IMG/VR virus record: IMGVR_UViG_3300034283_002562
DNA length: 64,000 nt
DNA from: an uncultured virus (IMG/VR IMGVR_UViG_3300034283_002562)
Taxonomy: Duplodnaviria; Heunggongvirae; Uroviricota; Caudoviricetes
Strand: one strand, 5' to 3'
The position numbers and the translations under genes were made by a program. The notes below the pieces were generated by a model. That model did not search any database, was not told the origin of the DNA, and saw only the letters and a list, made by a program, of their open reading frames with translations. Shown here piece after piece: positions 10,480-21,080 of the stretch (positions are counted from its first letter, which is position 1; each line of letters begins with the position of its first letter).

Positions 10480-11067
10480 TTAAACTCCTGGAACTGGTGC
10501 TGGCATGCCTGTACCGGCAGGCGATCCACCTACAGGTGCCCCTGTGCCAGCTGGACTCATTGGGGGAACTCCAGTTGGAGCGGCTGCTGGTGGGGGGATT
10601 TGTGATTCTTGTTTAGATGTATTTGATGATTTATTCTCACTTTTCATTTTGTTCATGTACCCACGATACATATCAAATGCAACTTCTTTCGGCATTCTAA
10701 TTTCAACAATCCATATGGGGTGTTCATCTAGTTTGCCCTTTTTAGTACCTGGTCTAACATCATCTGGGTTTTTTATTGGTCTCGGTAATATTAATTGAGA
10801 TTTTTGATATTTCAATTTACAACCATTTTCTACTAACCGCTTTCCTCCAGTTGGATCTGGCATTTTATTTTCTGGCCACATAAACCCCGCAGTAATCCAA
10901 TGGCGGTCCACTTTGGGACCATACGCAATTTCACCATCTATCCAATTTTCGTATACATATAAATCTAATTCATCTAATACTCTTTCAAAATCTTTTAATA
11001 CAGCCAAGCTAGAATTATTTTCATATAAACTTTGTATATTTTTAATGACATCTAAAATATCATGCAT
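10480..11067 (-). CDS. hypothetical phage protein with Pro/Ala-rich tail
   Basis: ORF preceded by ATAAATA late-type motif. Confidence 0.7.
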   Translation of the reverse strand: MHDILDVIKNIQSLYENNSSLAVLKDFERVLDELDLYVYENWIDGEIAYGPKVDRHWITAGFMWPENKMPDPTGGKRLVENGCKLKYQKSQLILPRPIKNPDDVRPGTKKGKLDEHPIWIVEIRMPKEVAFDMYRGYMNKMKSENKSSNTSKQESQIPPPAAAPTGVPPMSPAGTGAPVGGSPAGTGMPAPVPGV

Positions 11068-11213
11068 GTTTATTCCTACTAATTATGTTCTATATTTATT
11101 TATCTATAATAAAGTTTATTTTTTTATAAAAGGTAAATACTATTACAGGACCAATATGGTTATCGAGCTGGTTACCACACGTCCTGATTTCTCACACAAG
11201 TAGGAGATACTGA

Positions 11214-11930
11214 ATGAGTAGAAAAGTAAAAAAACGTTTTACCTCAGAAGTTAACATAATAGATTTTCAACCTTACATGCCACAAAAACGCAGACAAGTT
11301 ACCCTGACACCACGCAATAAAAGTCAAAAAGAATACTTGAATAAATTGCAAGATGAATCAAATAGCATTGTTTTTGCTATTGGTCCAGCTGGTACTGGTA
11401 AAACCATGTTGGCTGTTCAAAACGGCATTAAATTGTTCCAAGAAGGGAAGATTGAAAAAATCGTTGTGACTAGACCAGCTGTAAGCGTTGACGAAGATTT
11501 GGGATTTTTACCAGGCACACTGGAGGAGAAAATGGCACCTTGGACTCGTCCAATTTTTGATGTATTTTCAGAATATTATCAAAAACGTGATATTACAAAA
11601 TATTTAGAAGAAGGTGTTATTGAAATTAGTCCGCTTGCCTATATGCGCGGCAGAACATTCAAAAATGCTTATATTGTGGCAGACGAAATGCAAAATGCAA
11701 CGATAAGTCAGATGAAGATGTTGTTAACCAGAATTGGTGAAGGTTCACAGATGGTTGTAACCGGTGATTTAGCACAGGCGGATCGTTTAAATGATAATGG
11801 GTTAATTGACTTTTGCAGATTGCTTGCAGACCGTCCAGAATTGACACATATTGATGTTGCTGAATTTACAGCAGCAGATATTGAACGACACGATGCGGTA
11901 AAAGAAGTATTATCTATATACGGTGAATGA
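11214..11930 (+). CDS. phoH: PhoH-family ATPase
   Basis: GPAGTGKT, LGFLPG, YMRGRTF, DEMQN and GDLAQAD motifs. Confidence 0.93.
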   Translation: MSRKVKKRFTSEVNIIDFQPYMPQKRRQVTLTPRNKSQKEYLNKLQDESNSIVFAIGPAGTGKTMLAVQNGIKLFQEGKIEKIVVTRPAVSVDEDLGFLPGTLEEKMAPWTRPIFDVFSEYYQKRDITKYLEEGVIEISPLAYMRGRTFKNAYIVADEMQNATISQMKMLLTRIGEGSQMVVTGDLAQADRLNDNGLIDFCRLLADRPELTHIDVAEFTAADIERHDAVKEVLSIYGE

Positions 11931-11958
11931 AAAAAGGGGGCTAAATGCCCCCTTTTTT
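11930..11958. terminator. bidirectional intrinsic terminator
   Basis: AAAAAAGGGGGC-taaat-GCCCCCTTTTTT between convergent genes. Confidence 0.85.
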
Positions 11959-12163
11959 ATTCAAATTTACCCCATTGTATTTTATTCCATATACGTTCAT
12001 GAATAACATATAAGAATGTATGCATTATTATCTGTGTTCCAGCAATTCCACTTGCAATAGAAACATCTTTTGAAACAATGTATGATACAAAAAAGGTAGC
12101 AAATGTGGCAATAATACGCCAACTAAACGTTTTCGCTACGGTTCGCTTGGGAGTGTCTGTCAT
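11957..12163 (-). CDS. DUF2061-like small membrane protein
   Basis: KRTVAKTFSWR...HERIW pattern. Confidence 0.75.
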   Translation of the reverse strand: MTDTPKRTVAKTFSWRIIATFATFFVSYIVSKDVSIASGIAGTQIIMHTFLYVIHERIWNKIQWGKFE

Positions 12164-13080
12164 AACCTAGCCAACCTAATCATACATGCAGCCAAATTTA
12201 TTTCTGGATCTATACATAACGTGTGATCAACAATTGCTTGTTTTATGATTAAAATTGCGTCATCCTGTTTAGACTCATCGCCAAATATAGCTATATTATT
12301 ATATAGCCATCTGTAAATTTCATCCATTTCTTCAGGTCTGGCTTGTTTACATATCAATTTCCTTGCTTCTGAAATTTTACCAGATTTAAACAGTTCGACC
12401 ATTTCTATTTTATAATCAGCCTCACCACTATCACCGTTGTGTGGTGTTACTAACATATTACCCAGACTGTTCATTTGTACTAGATTAATACATTTTCGTA
12501 GATCAGGATAGGTAGCTTTAACAAATGTATCTAATGTGTCTAAATCAAACTCGATATTTTCTTCAATCAATATAGTGGCAACCCTTGCAGTAAATTCGGT
12601 TTGATCAACTTTATCAATATGAAACCCCTGACATCTACTATGAATAGCTGTCATTATCTTGTTTGGGTAATTACAGGTAAGAATAAATCTAGAAAATTCA
12701 TGGTATTCTTCCATAACCCCACGTAATGCAGCTTGTGCATTTGGGGATAAATAATCAGCTTCATCTAATAATACCACTTTAAATGTACCAAATGGAATAA
12801 ATTCTAAATGGCTTACAATCTTATCTCTCACATCATCAACCGAATTAGTTCTAGATGCATTGATTTCTAAAATATCATATTGGTGGATGTTGAGTAAATT
12901 CAATAATAATTTAGCTAATGTAGTTTTACCAACTCCTGCACTGCCGCTTAATAATAAATGAGGGATCGAACCATCTTTAATCCATGATTCGATTTGATTT
13001 TTTTGATGTGAATCCCTAAAAACATATCCATCTAATGTTTTAGGTCTATATTTTTCGACCCAAAGTTCCTTCGTTGCCAT
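12160..13080 (-). CDS. sliding-clamp loader ATPase subunit (RFC small subunit / T4 gp44-like)
   Basis: LWVEKYRP, GSAGVGKT, DEAD and SRC motifs; start MATKE. Confidence 0.9.
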   Translation of the reverse strand: MATKELWVEKYRPKTLDGYVFRDSHQKNQIESWIKDGSIPHLLLSGSAGVGKTTLAKLLLNLLNIHQYDILEINASRTNSVDDVRDKIVSHLEFIPFGTFKVVLLDEADYLSPNAQAALRGVMEEYHEFSRFILTCNYPNKIMTAIHSRCQGFHIDKVDQTEFTARVATILIEENIEFDLDTLDTFVKATYPDLRKCINLVQMNSLGNMLVTPHNGDSGEADYKIEMVELFKSGKISEARKLICKQARPEEMDEIYRWLYNNIAIFGDESKQDDAILIIKQAIVDHTLCIDPEINLAACMIRLARL

Positions 13081-13154
13081 TAACCATTCCTTGGTTGTGT
13101 GTAAAATGAGTATTGTATAAGAAAAAGCAGGGCCTGTCAAGACCCTGCATAAGA

Positions 13155-13544
13155 TTAAAACATTGGTTTACTAAAATCAAAAGTTTGTGTTGTAGATTTA
13201 TTTGATTTACCCAAATAAACATCAGATGGTTTTGTATCGCCTTTCATTATGATAGATTTTGGTTCAACACGTCTAATTTCGTATTCATTACCCGTTTCAT
13301 CTTCGATTTTGACGTTACGGGTCCATCTACCATGCTCAACTAATATCCAATCCCCAATTTTAACGGAGGTTTGATCTTTGCCTATTGCAAAAACTTTAGC
13401 CCATCTAGGCTTTATTCCCTCACTTTTACCATCATCGCTGCCGACAATGATTCCAGTATCAGTTACTTGATTGTCAAAACTCATGTCAGTTACAATTATT
13501 CCATCATGAATTGGAATAACTTTATTACATTTTATAAGACTCAT
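13155..13544 (-). CDS. GroES-like co-chaperonin (divergent)
   Basis: PIHDGIIV...TDTGII...VFAIGKD...VKIGDWIL pattern. Confidence 0.7.
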   Translation of the reverse strand: MSLIKCNKVIPIHDGIIVTDMSFDNQVTDTGIIVGSDDGKSEGIKPRWAKVFAIGKDQTSVKIGDWILVEHGRWTRNVKIEDETGNEYEIRRVEPKSIIMKGDTKPSDVYLGKSNKSTTQTFDFSKPMF

Positions 13545-13837
13545 TGTTGTGTAGTTTCCTCAGAAGACTGACCTTTTCGTGATGGTTTGGCTGATTCTTC
13601 CACTTTTTGCTCTTCCAGTGAGGGAACTGGTTGATCTACACTTTTACTGATTTGATCGGGGATGGTGACACCATTTGTTGTATCTTTGACTATTTGTCCA
13701 CCAGCGCCGATCTTATCACCTCTGGCGTTTACTTTCATATTACCAACTGCCAGTGTTAACTCATTACGGTTAATAAGTTTATTTAAATCGATTTCTTTCC
13801 CTTGTGCTGTTCTATAAACAGTTCTAATATTTGCCAT
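13541..13837 (-). CDS. hypothetical phage protein
   Basis: AVGNMKVNARGD motif; ORF. Confidence 0.7.
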   Translation of the reverse strand: MANIRTVYRTAQGKEIDLNKLINRNELTLAVGNMKVNARGDKIGAGGQIVKDTTNGVTIPDQISKSVDQPVPSLEEQKVEESAKPSRKGQSSEETTQQ

Positions 13838-13848
13838 AATTATTCCTT

Positions 13849-14352
13849 TTATCTTAAGAATTCTTTCCAGTCTAACTTATATTTAATACTATTGATCCGG
13901 TGAACACCAATTAAATATAACACAAAACTAGATACACTAGACCCTCTTCCAACCCCCCAGAATACATTATTATTATTGCATGTATCAACAAAATATTTCA
14001 GCCATTGAAGTAAAAGAAGCATGCCATGTTTCTCAAACGCATGTAGTTCTTCCTCAACTCTGTTTTTTTCATCATCGGTTGTACATTTAGTCAAACAATA
14101 TTGTTTGATATCAAAATGATAATATTCTTCAGGCATGAACCAAATCGATTGCTGCTCTTTATCATAATCAGAAAGTTGGCGATTACTATTGATTGGTGGA
14201 ACGAATGCAAATTCTGATATTTCTTGTAATCGTTCAATATCATCACTCGGATCAACCATTAATGATGAAAGTTTTTCCATATGACCATGATAAATTGCAT
14301 CAAAAATGTCACACTCGTTAAAAATTGGGTTACTAAATTTATCTAATCTCAT
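13849..14352 (-). CDS. DNA polymerase III alpha (DnaE)-like fragment
   Basis: RVEEEL...WGVGRGSSVSSFVLYLIG motif; only 167 aa. Confidence 0.75.
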   Translation of the reverse strand: MRLDKFSNPIFNECDIFDAIYHGHMEKLSSLMVDPSDDIERLQEISEFAFVPPINSNRQLSDYDKEQQSIWFMPEEYYHFDIKQYCLTKCTTDDEKNRVEEELHAFEKHGMLLLLQWLKYFVDTCNNNNVFWGVGRGSSVSSFVLYLIGVHRINSIKYKLDWKEFLR

Positions 14353-14361
14353 TAAGAGATT

Positions 14362-14592
14362 TTACCCTACATTTATCAGTTTGTCAAGTCCTTTATTTTT
14401 ATTTTCCATGGTAGTTTGCCACAATTCTTTCTGGCGTTTTGCTTGTTCAGAGGTGTACGATTCGAGTACCATTGAAATTTGTGATCTCATGTTAACATTT
14501 GTTGTCATGAAATACTTTTTTGTTAAATCATAGATTCTAGATTCCAATTCGGAATCTTTTAATGTTGTCATGTCATTAATTAACGGATGCAT
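14362..14592 (-). CDS. hypothetical protein
   Basis: ORF, likely start MHPLIND. Confidence 0.65.
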   Translation of the reverse strand: MHPLINDMTTLKDSELESRIYDLTKKYFMTTNVNMRSQISMVLESYTSEQAKRQKELWQTTMENKNKGLDKLINVG

Positions 14593-14600
14593 AATATACC

Positions 14601-16592
14601 TCAATGATTGAATACGACATATTGTGGATTAATAAAATCATTAACAATATACCGGTCAACAGTATAATCGAATGATGATAAATTAATACCTGACAATTCA
14701 ATGTTTCGTAAAATCTGTGAAGAAGTACCAACTTTACAATAGCATAATGGAACTGCTAGTGTAAACCCAATTCTCGATCTATCTGATGGTTGAATACTTC
14801 TCATCCATAACGGAACAAATTCAATATTAGTTGATAATACAGTTCCACTATCTACATCAGTTACAGTGACTAATCGTTCTCTCCATAATGTCACACTACT
14901 TGGATAATATGTGCCAATATATTCATTATTAATACTCAATGGCAAATGTTCTCCATTTGGCTCTAATGGATCAAGCATGTTTATATAAACTACTTCATAT
15001 AATTCAGCAAATGTAGTTTGGTCAATAGCCTTCGCTGATGTAATACTACCAAATTGGAATCTTTTTTTGGCATTGTTAAGATTAGCAGCATTAACAAACG
15101 TTTCTATCGACGATGTATCGATACCAGGAAATATTAACATTTCTAATTGTTTCTGTATTCCAAAATTAGTGTCATATGGTCTATACATCATTGAAAGTGG
15201 AAATATTTCTTGGTTTGTAATGAACGAACCCCATCTTTCTCGTTGTTCTATTTCCAAATAAGGTTTTACAATGATATTGCTATACATTTTTTCAGATTGG
15301 ATAACAGTTATCGTAAATATTTTTTCAAAAACCCCATAATGAGTAATAGAATCAGAAAAAATTCCACTATATTGATTAGAAACTCTAACCGTAAACGTGT
15401 AATAATCAATAAAGTCATCAGAAGCTGAACTAAAATGTACACCTGTAATAATACCATCTGTTCCCATTGTAACGCCATTAGGTAATATCCCATCTATAAT
15501 TTCATATATAAGATTTGAATTTGATAACGAACTAACCGCAATAATGGAAAGATTAACCGGAATTCCTTCAGTAATAGTGCCAGCATTAGTCGGCGTTAAC
15601 CATTCCAAAGTATCATCAAACTTTCCAATTATATCTATTGAAAATGTTCTTTTATTAGTAATAGATTCACCTGAAACATTGTTAGTTCTAATAGCAGCAA
15701 TTTCAAAGTCATAAGCAGTATTATAGGTTGTTTGTGATGGTATATACCCAGATAAAATTCCATCGGTGAGTGTTGTACCAGGTGGAATAGGTTGATTTAT
15801 ATCCAATGAGTATAAGATAGAATCACTTTCATATGTTTCGAATTCCACAGTTAAATAATTATCGTAACGATATGGTCCTAAATATGGATTGGTTATCCAT
15901 TGTACAGGTCTAATATTAGTAACATCTGCAGTAAAAATACTGGTCCCAGTATGCATTAATGTATTGTCAGCAGTTAAATAATATGGTCCAACAACAATAA
16001 ATATAAAACTTTGTGTTATTGAATATGCTTGGTTGCTTGCCCGAATTATGAATTGTGATTCTTGATATTCATGATCCAGCTCGTCCGTTGATAGTTTTGA
16101 AAGAAATCCAGAAATAATTCCGTCAGTTGAAAGCGATAGGCCACCTGGCAATGAACCAGATTCCAACCTGAAAGTTACGATATCATTTGGAATGTCCGAT
16201 TCAACCAGTATTTGAAAATTAACATTAGTATTATCAATAGCAAAAAGTTGCTGATTTATTCCACAATGCAATCTACCAGACGGTGTAACGAATGATAATG
16301 GATTTTTGCTAGTAATGGTAAGATAGAAAGTTCTATCTGCCGTTTGACTATCGTGAGAAGCTCTTATACAAAATTTATAAATACTGTCGGTTTTGACAAT
16401 ATTAGCAATCCCAGTAATTTGATTCCCATTAATATACAATCCTTCTGGAAGTGCACCCGCAATTATCCCATACGTAACTCCGGTATCATTAGTCACTGGA
16501 AGATCTATGACTAATGTAATTTGATCATTAAATGATCCAATATCGTATCCAGAAGGCTTCGTCCATATATCAAGAGTCATTACGCTCTCCAA
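14601..16592 (-). CDS. putative virion protein with repeated Ig-like domains
   Basis: Repeated G-LP-GL-L..G.I.G motifs. Confidence 0.7.
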   Translation of the reverse strand: MESVMTLDIWTKPSGYDIGSFNDQITLVIDLPVTNDTGVTYGIIAGALPEGLYINGNQITGIANIVKTDSIYKFCIRASHDSQTADRTFYLTITSKNPLSFVTPSGRLHCGINQQLFAIDNTNVNFQILVESDIPNDIVTFRLESGSLPGGLSLSTDGIISGFLSKLSTDELDHEYQESQFIIRASNQAYSITQSFIFIVVGPYYLTADNTLMHTGTSIFTADVTNIRPVQWITNPYLGPYRYDNYLTVEFETYESDSILYSLDINQPIPPGTTLTDGILSGYIPSQTTYNTAYDFEIAAIRTNNVSGESITNKRTFSIDIIGKFDDTLEWLTPTNAGTITEGIPVNLSIIAVSSLSNSNLIYEIIDGILPNGVTMGTDGIITGVHFSSASDDFIDYYTFTVRVSNQYSGIFSDSITHYGVFEKIFTITVIQSEKMYSNIIVKPYLEIEQRERWGSFITNQEIFPLSMMYRPYDTNFGIQKQLEMLIFPGIDTSSIETFVNAANLNNAKKRFQFGSITSAKAIDQTTFAELYEVVYINMLDPLEPNGEHLPLSINNEYIGTYYPSSVTLWRERLVTVTDVDSGTVLSTNIEFVPLWMRSIQPSDRSRIGFTLAVPLCYCKVGTSSQILRNIELSGINLSSFDYTVDRYIVNDFINPQYVVFNH

Positions 16593-17899
16593 ACTGATAT
16601 TTCAATAATACCAGCCTCACCATATTCTTTATCTTCTAACGATTTTCCAACAATAGCACCTATTTTTGGATCTAATGCTTTAATCGCATGTCCAGATGAA
16701 TTAGATGTAGTCAATAAATCACCTTTTTTTGTTTTACCAATTACCTTACATGGTACACGTCCTGCTAGTGCTATGCAAATCTTAACACCTGATTGGTTAA
16801 TATTCATCACATATGCAGGATCTGTTGTAACAACTCCCGCTACTTTTGTATCATTCACTACCGATGAACTAGTGACTTCTTTAGATCCGCCAAATACAAG
16901 AACAGTACCAGGTTGGTAGACTACGTCCGATTCATAATATTCAGCCAAGTCAGCGTAGGTTGATTGAAGTGTACTACCAGCGGACAATTGCCAATCGCCA
17001 TGAAATAATCCCGGCCCGGTTGCACCATTACCATTGTATATATTTTTTACAGTAATATCATCAGTTGTTACACTATCTGCTAATGATAATTTTGAAACAT
17101 ATAATTCATCAACATAATGTTGAGTCACAGCCTGGCGTGAGCCGATTTCCCCTTCCAATGGATGCGGATGATCGGATAGTGTCAATACCCCGGTCATGGT
17201 GTCACCACCTCGATAAACAACATCTTTTCGTTGCATTACTTCTGTAGCAAGATAATTACTTGTTAATGTAGAATCATAATCTGGATCATCAGTTTGCTCA
17301 ATACTTGGTTGATCTCTTGTTTTTAATGCAGTCGATACAATATATGTAGCAATATCATTATGTGTAATAATTGGTTCACCATTAGATTGTCTAGGAACAC
17401 CAGCTACGTAGTTATGCAATCCGTGATGGACAGTTACTGGTAATTCCAAAATTGATGTTGTGTAATCTGGGTTTAAGACCGCCCATGTATCATTAAATGC
17501 ATTTACGGCATCTACACTCGGGTTACGAAGACGACCTATTGTGAAATAATTAGCATTCAATGGACCAAACAGTTCAGGCGATGTATCTGCTTCAACTGAT
17601 GCTACAGTAATATCTAATTCAGCATTATTTGATGCATCAATTTGTATGCTAGAGTCACTTGATTTAATAGTTCTAGCAGTTAAGGCTGATCCCGTAGTAT
17701 TGGCAATTATTACTTGATTTGCAGCATATGATGATGGGGCATCTCCAAGAGCAGTGAATCTAATAGCACCAGATGCACCAAAAACCCCATATAACACATC
17801 AAAATTGGCATTTACTTTTTCAAATGCAACTCTAATGCTATCACCAGTTCCATCATTACCTGGTCCGGTAGCACCAGTATTAATATGTTGTTGTTCCAT
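16580..17899 (-). CDS. putative tail/baseplate fibre protein with C-terminal chaperone/peptidase-like domain
   Basis: N-terminal NDGTGDSIRVAFEKVNANF; C-terminal YADLAEYY...IALAGRVPCKV. Confidence 0.7.
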   Translation of the reverse strand: MEQQHINTGATGPGNDGTGDSIRVAFEKVNANFDVLYGVFGASGAIRFTALGDAPSSYAANQVIIANTTGSALTARTIKSSDSSIQIDASNNAELDITVASVEADTSPELFGPLNANYFTIGRLRNPSVDAVNAFNDTWAVLNPDYTTSILELPVTVHHGLHNYVAGVPRQSNGEPIITHNDIATYIVSTALKTRDQPSIEQTDDPDYDSTLTSNYLATEVMQRKDVVYRGGDTMTGVLTLSDHPHPLEGEIGSRQAVTQHYVDELYVSKLSLADSVTTDDITVKNIYNGNGATGPGLFHGDWQLSAGSTLQSTYADLAEYYESDVVYQPGTVLVFGGSKEVTSSSVVNDTKVAGVVTTDPAYVMNINQSGVKICIALAGRVPCKVIGKTKKGDLLTTSNSSGHAIKALDPKIGAIVGKSLEDKEYGEAGIIEISVWRA

Positions 17900-17995
17900 G
17901 TTAAACGTTTCCTTAAATTTGATTATTGTTGTATTTATCAACAATTTTTTAATCTATTGTAATTCTGAATATAAATAATTAACAAAGGAGATTTT

Positions 17996-18364
17996 ATGTT
18001 TGATTTTATAAAAAAATTATTTGGGTTCAAGCCAACACAAATCGAAGAAACAGTCGAGATAGTTAAAACTGCATCAAAACGTGTAAAAAAGTTAGCTGAT
18101 GTAAATAAAGATGGTGTTGTTAATGTTGATGATGTTAAAGAAGCTAAAAAAAGACTTACAAAAAAACTTAAAGAAATTAAAAAACTTAAAGAAGTTGCAG
18201 ATGTGAATAATGATGATGTTGTTAATGTTGATGATGTTAAAGAAGCAGTAAAAGCTGTATCTAAAAAAATTAAAAAACCAGTCGCACCAAAATCAGTTGT
18301 CAAGCCAGAAATTGTAGAACCACCTCTACCTAAAAAACGTGGTAGAAAACCGAAAGCAAAATAA
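17996..18364 (+). CDS. basic protein with two DVNxDGVVNVDD (EF-hand/dockerin-like) repeats
   Basis: TATAAATA and AAGGAG upstream; internal repeat; KKRGRKPK tail. Confidence 0.7.
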   Translation: MFDFIKKLFGFKPTQIEETVEIVKTASKRVKKLADVNKDGVVNVDDVKEAKKRLTKKLKEIKKLKEVADVNNDDVVNVDDVKEAVKAVSKKIKKPVAPKSVVKPEIVEPPLPKKRGRKPKAK

Positions 18365-18367
18365 ATC

Positions 18368-18391
18368 AAAGGGGCTATACGCCCCTTTTTT
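18368..18391. terminator. bidirectional intrinsic terminator
   Basis: AAAGGGGC-tatac-GCCCCTTTTTT between convergent genes. Confidence 0.8.
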
Positions 18392-18641
18392 ATATCGTGC
18401 CTTTTATTTTACCAAAAATAAATTCTTGTTTTGTAATCCAACGTGTACCAATTACTAGGTGTTTATTCATACCCATATCTGCAGGCAAGTAATACGTACT
18501 TATACCTCGATATGCATATGTAAGCCACATTATTTTTTTCGATAAATCGCATCTGGTTGGAAACCAAACAAATTTAAGTTTCCATTTAGCATTATTATAA
18601 AACCACTGATTGGTCCAGATATTTTCTTGTTCTATAATCAT
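18390..18641 (-). CDS. hypothetical protein
   Basis: ORF. Confidence 0.55.
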   Translation of the reverse strand: MIIEQENIWTNQWFYNNAKWKLKFVWFPTRCDLSKKIMWLTYAYRGISTYYLPADMGMNKHLVIGTRWITKQEFIFGKIKGTI

Positions 18642-19629
18642 ATAATTTAAAACTCGCTAAATTTTTGGCTTTTGATTCACAAAGTATATCAAATTTATCT
18701 GAGAATGTCAATGCCCAGTTATTAACAGCATCGTTCCAGTAGAAATCAGAATGTGCGCGAAGTTTTTGTTTAGAATGTCCAGCTTCTAAAAGTAAGTTAA
18801 GATCTGGTTTAGTGCTGGCGCAATGATTGACCAAAACATCTTCCCTACTAATAGAATAATGTAAAGTAGGGCGAACACCTCGCCAACTTTGAATAACCAT
18901 TTCAACCCGTGGGTCATCGGGGTTGATGTATTCTCCAGTTTTGATAAAATGATGGTGAATATCGAGAACGACAGGAATCCTGTCAGCAATAGTAAGACAA
19001 GCATCAAGTCCATGGGTCATTTCCTCATTTTCAATTGTTATACAGTTTTTAGCAACATCACTTAATTTTTCATATGCTTCAAGCATTCCTGCAGGACCAC
19101 GTTTACCAGCAATGTGTACATTAATTTTCATATCTTGGAAGGTTTTACCATATCCCATCCAACGTGCCATATCAGCGTGGTATTCAAATTCTGCAATACT
19201 ATTTTCTACCACATCTGGTCGATCGCTTGCTAAACAACAAAATTGTCCAGGATGAAAAGATAATCGCACATCGTGGTGTCTTGCTAAATCACCAATTGCC
19301 GCAAATTTTTGCTGTAATAGTTGTTGAATAGATTCTGATTGATAAAAATATGTCCAGTCCGTATGAGTATAGACTGGTAAAATATCAGACGTTAATCTGA
19401 AAAGTCTCAATGATGGATTTTGTTTAGAAACATATTCTACTGCTTTACAAGTTGCTTCTAAATTATGCCGTAATAATAACATCAATTTAGTTTCAGCAGT
19501 TTTTTTAGTTTGTTTATTCAACCATGCAATAGTTGTTGTTTTTGTATTATATTTTGGGATAGAAACAATTTCATTTTTATCATTAACAGCAGAAATTTTA
19601 CAGGCAAATCCAATCTTATTAAAATTCAT
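18595..19629 (-). CDS. uvsE: UV damage endonuclease UvsE/UVDE
   Basis: RLSFHPGQF, INVHIAG, TIENEE, VLDIHHH and LRAHSD motifs. Confidence 0.9.
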   Translation of the reverse strand: MNFNKIGFACKISAVNDKNEIVSIPKYNTKTTTIAWLNKQTKKTAETKLMLLLRHNLEATCKAVEYVSKQNPSLRLFRLTSDILPVYTHTDWTYFYQSESIQQLLQQKFAAIGDLARHHDVRLSFHPGQFCCLASDRPDVVENSIAEFEYHADMARWMGYGKTFQDMKINVHIAGKRGPAGMLEAYEKLSDVAKNCITIENEEMTHGLDACLTIADRIPVVLDIHHHFIKTGEYINPDDPRVEMVIQSWRGVRPTLHYSISREDVLVNHCASTKPDLNLLLEAGHSKQKLRAHSDFYWNDAVNNWALTFSDKFDILCESKAKNLASFKLYDYRTRKYLDQSVVL

Positions 19630-19673
19630 AATTTTTATAAATAGGTAATAACTCAGTTAAAAGGAAAATAATT

Positions 19674-20441
19674 ATGTTTGTGGAAAATAAATATCATAAA
19701 TGGTATTTTAATATTATAGATAAAGCTAAAACTAGAAACACCAATGGATATACAGAATTGCATCACATTATACCGAAATCAATGGGCGGTGTCAATGATA
19801 AATCCAATTTAGTTAAATTAACAGCTAGAGAACATTTTATTTGTCATTTATTATTAGTCAAATTCGTTACAGGTACATTTAAAAGAAATATGGCGTTTGC
19901 GCTCAATGCGATGTCAACTTTATCAAATAAACATCAAGATAGGTATATCCCTACATCCAAACTTTATGCAATTTCCCGTAAATTATACTCTGAAGAACAA
20001 TCAAAATTCATGGCTGAAAGTGGGAATCCTATGTATGGAAAAACACATACAGAAGACGCTAGATTAAAGATGTCTAAATTTCATAAAGGAAGAATTCCTG
20101 CAAATAAAGGAAAACATCATACAGAAGACACTAAAATAAAAATTTCTAAAGCAACATCTGGTTCTAATAATCCGATGTATGGAAGAACTCACACAGAAGA
20201 AACAAAATTAAAACAATCAAAAGCTAAATTAGACAAACGAAATGTTAAATTACAAGGAAAACCTAAATCTGAATCGCACAGAAAAAAATTATCCGAAGCT
20301 AATGCAGGGAAATTATTTACTGAAGAACGAAAATTAAAATTAAAACAAATACCAAAAATTAGTTGCGTATATTGTGGGAAATTATCTAGCCCAGCTATGC
20401 ATAAGAGATGGCACGGCGAACAATGTAAACATAAAATATAA
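19674..20441 (+). CDS. HNH homing endonuclease with NUMOD3 repeats
   Basis: ELHHIIPKSMGG..NLVKLTAREHFICHLLL; NPMYGKTH repeats; TATAAATA upstream. Confidence 0.9.
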   Translation: MFVENKYHKWYFNIIDKAKTRNTNGYTELHHIIPKSMGGVNDKSNLVKLTAREHFICHLLLVKFVTGTFKRNMAFALNAMSTLSNKHQDRYIPTSKLYAISRKLYSEEQSKFMAESGNPMYGKTHTEDARLKMSKFHKGRIPANKGKHHTEDTKIKISKATSGSNNPMYGRTHTEETKLKQSKAKLDKRNVKLQGKPKSESHRKKLSEANAGKLFTEERKLKLKQIPKISCVYCGKLSSPAMHKRWHGEQCKHKI

Positions 20442-20477
20442 AATGCTAGATATAGAAACCGGTCTATAGACCGGTTT

Positions 20478-20657
20478 AATATTTTGTTTGATTAAAGACC
20501 AAAGCTTTGATTCAGCAGTTGATTTCGTTTGACGATTGAGCCATGCTACTGTAGTAGTACCAGTGTTATATTTTTTACAATCATCAGTTGCTTTAATACC
20601 ATTGACTTGGGCCGGTGTGTCAATCCATTTACAACAAAACCCGATTCTGTGTGTCAT
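20478..20657 (-). pseudogene. orphan N-terminal fragment of uvsE
   Basis: MTHRIGFCCK...KYNTGTTTVAWLNRQTK..AESKL resembles the N terminus of the intact UvsE (KIGFACK...KYNTKTTTIAWLNKQTKKTAETKL). Confidence 0.85.
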
Positions 20658-20705
20658 TTGAGCTCTCCGCAGTAAAATTATATTCAAAGACATAGAATAT
20701 GCTAA

Positions 20706-21068
20706 TTATTTTGTATTGTCAACGGTAAGTTCTTTCACAAGGATATTTAAATCTTTAATTTCGCGTAATAAATCATCTATCAGTTCATATTCAGTACGTT
20801 GATGATCCAATAACTGATTGATAAACTTCAATGTCCACAACCACCAGCTAATACATGTAATTGCTAGCAATGATACAATAGCCCACCAGATTGGAATATT
20901 GTGAAGACTGGTAAACCAGTCCCATTTAAGGATTATCCATATTACAGATGCAAACATCAATAAACTCACAATTAGCCACCATTGGCGTCGTTTGTTTATA
21001 GCATTCATCAAAGTATCATGTTGTTCAATTAAAATAGAAAATCGTATCATATAGTATTTAGGATACAT
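20706..21068 (-). CDS. membrane protein
   Basis: Two hydrophobic helices. Confidence 0.6.
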   Translation of the reverse strand: MYPKYYMIRFSILIEQHDTLMNAINKRRQWWLIVSLLMFASVIWIILKWDWFTSLHNIPIWWAIVSLLAITCISWWLWTLKFINQLLDHQRTEYELIDDLLREIKDLNILVKELTVDNTK

Positions 21069-21080
21069 GATACGAATATT

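Noticed and set aside
19630..20477. Group I intron in uvsE
   Set aside because: The HNH is antisense, the flanks are too short for a ribozyme core, and the downstream gene has its own complete N terminus.
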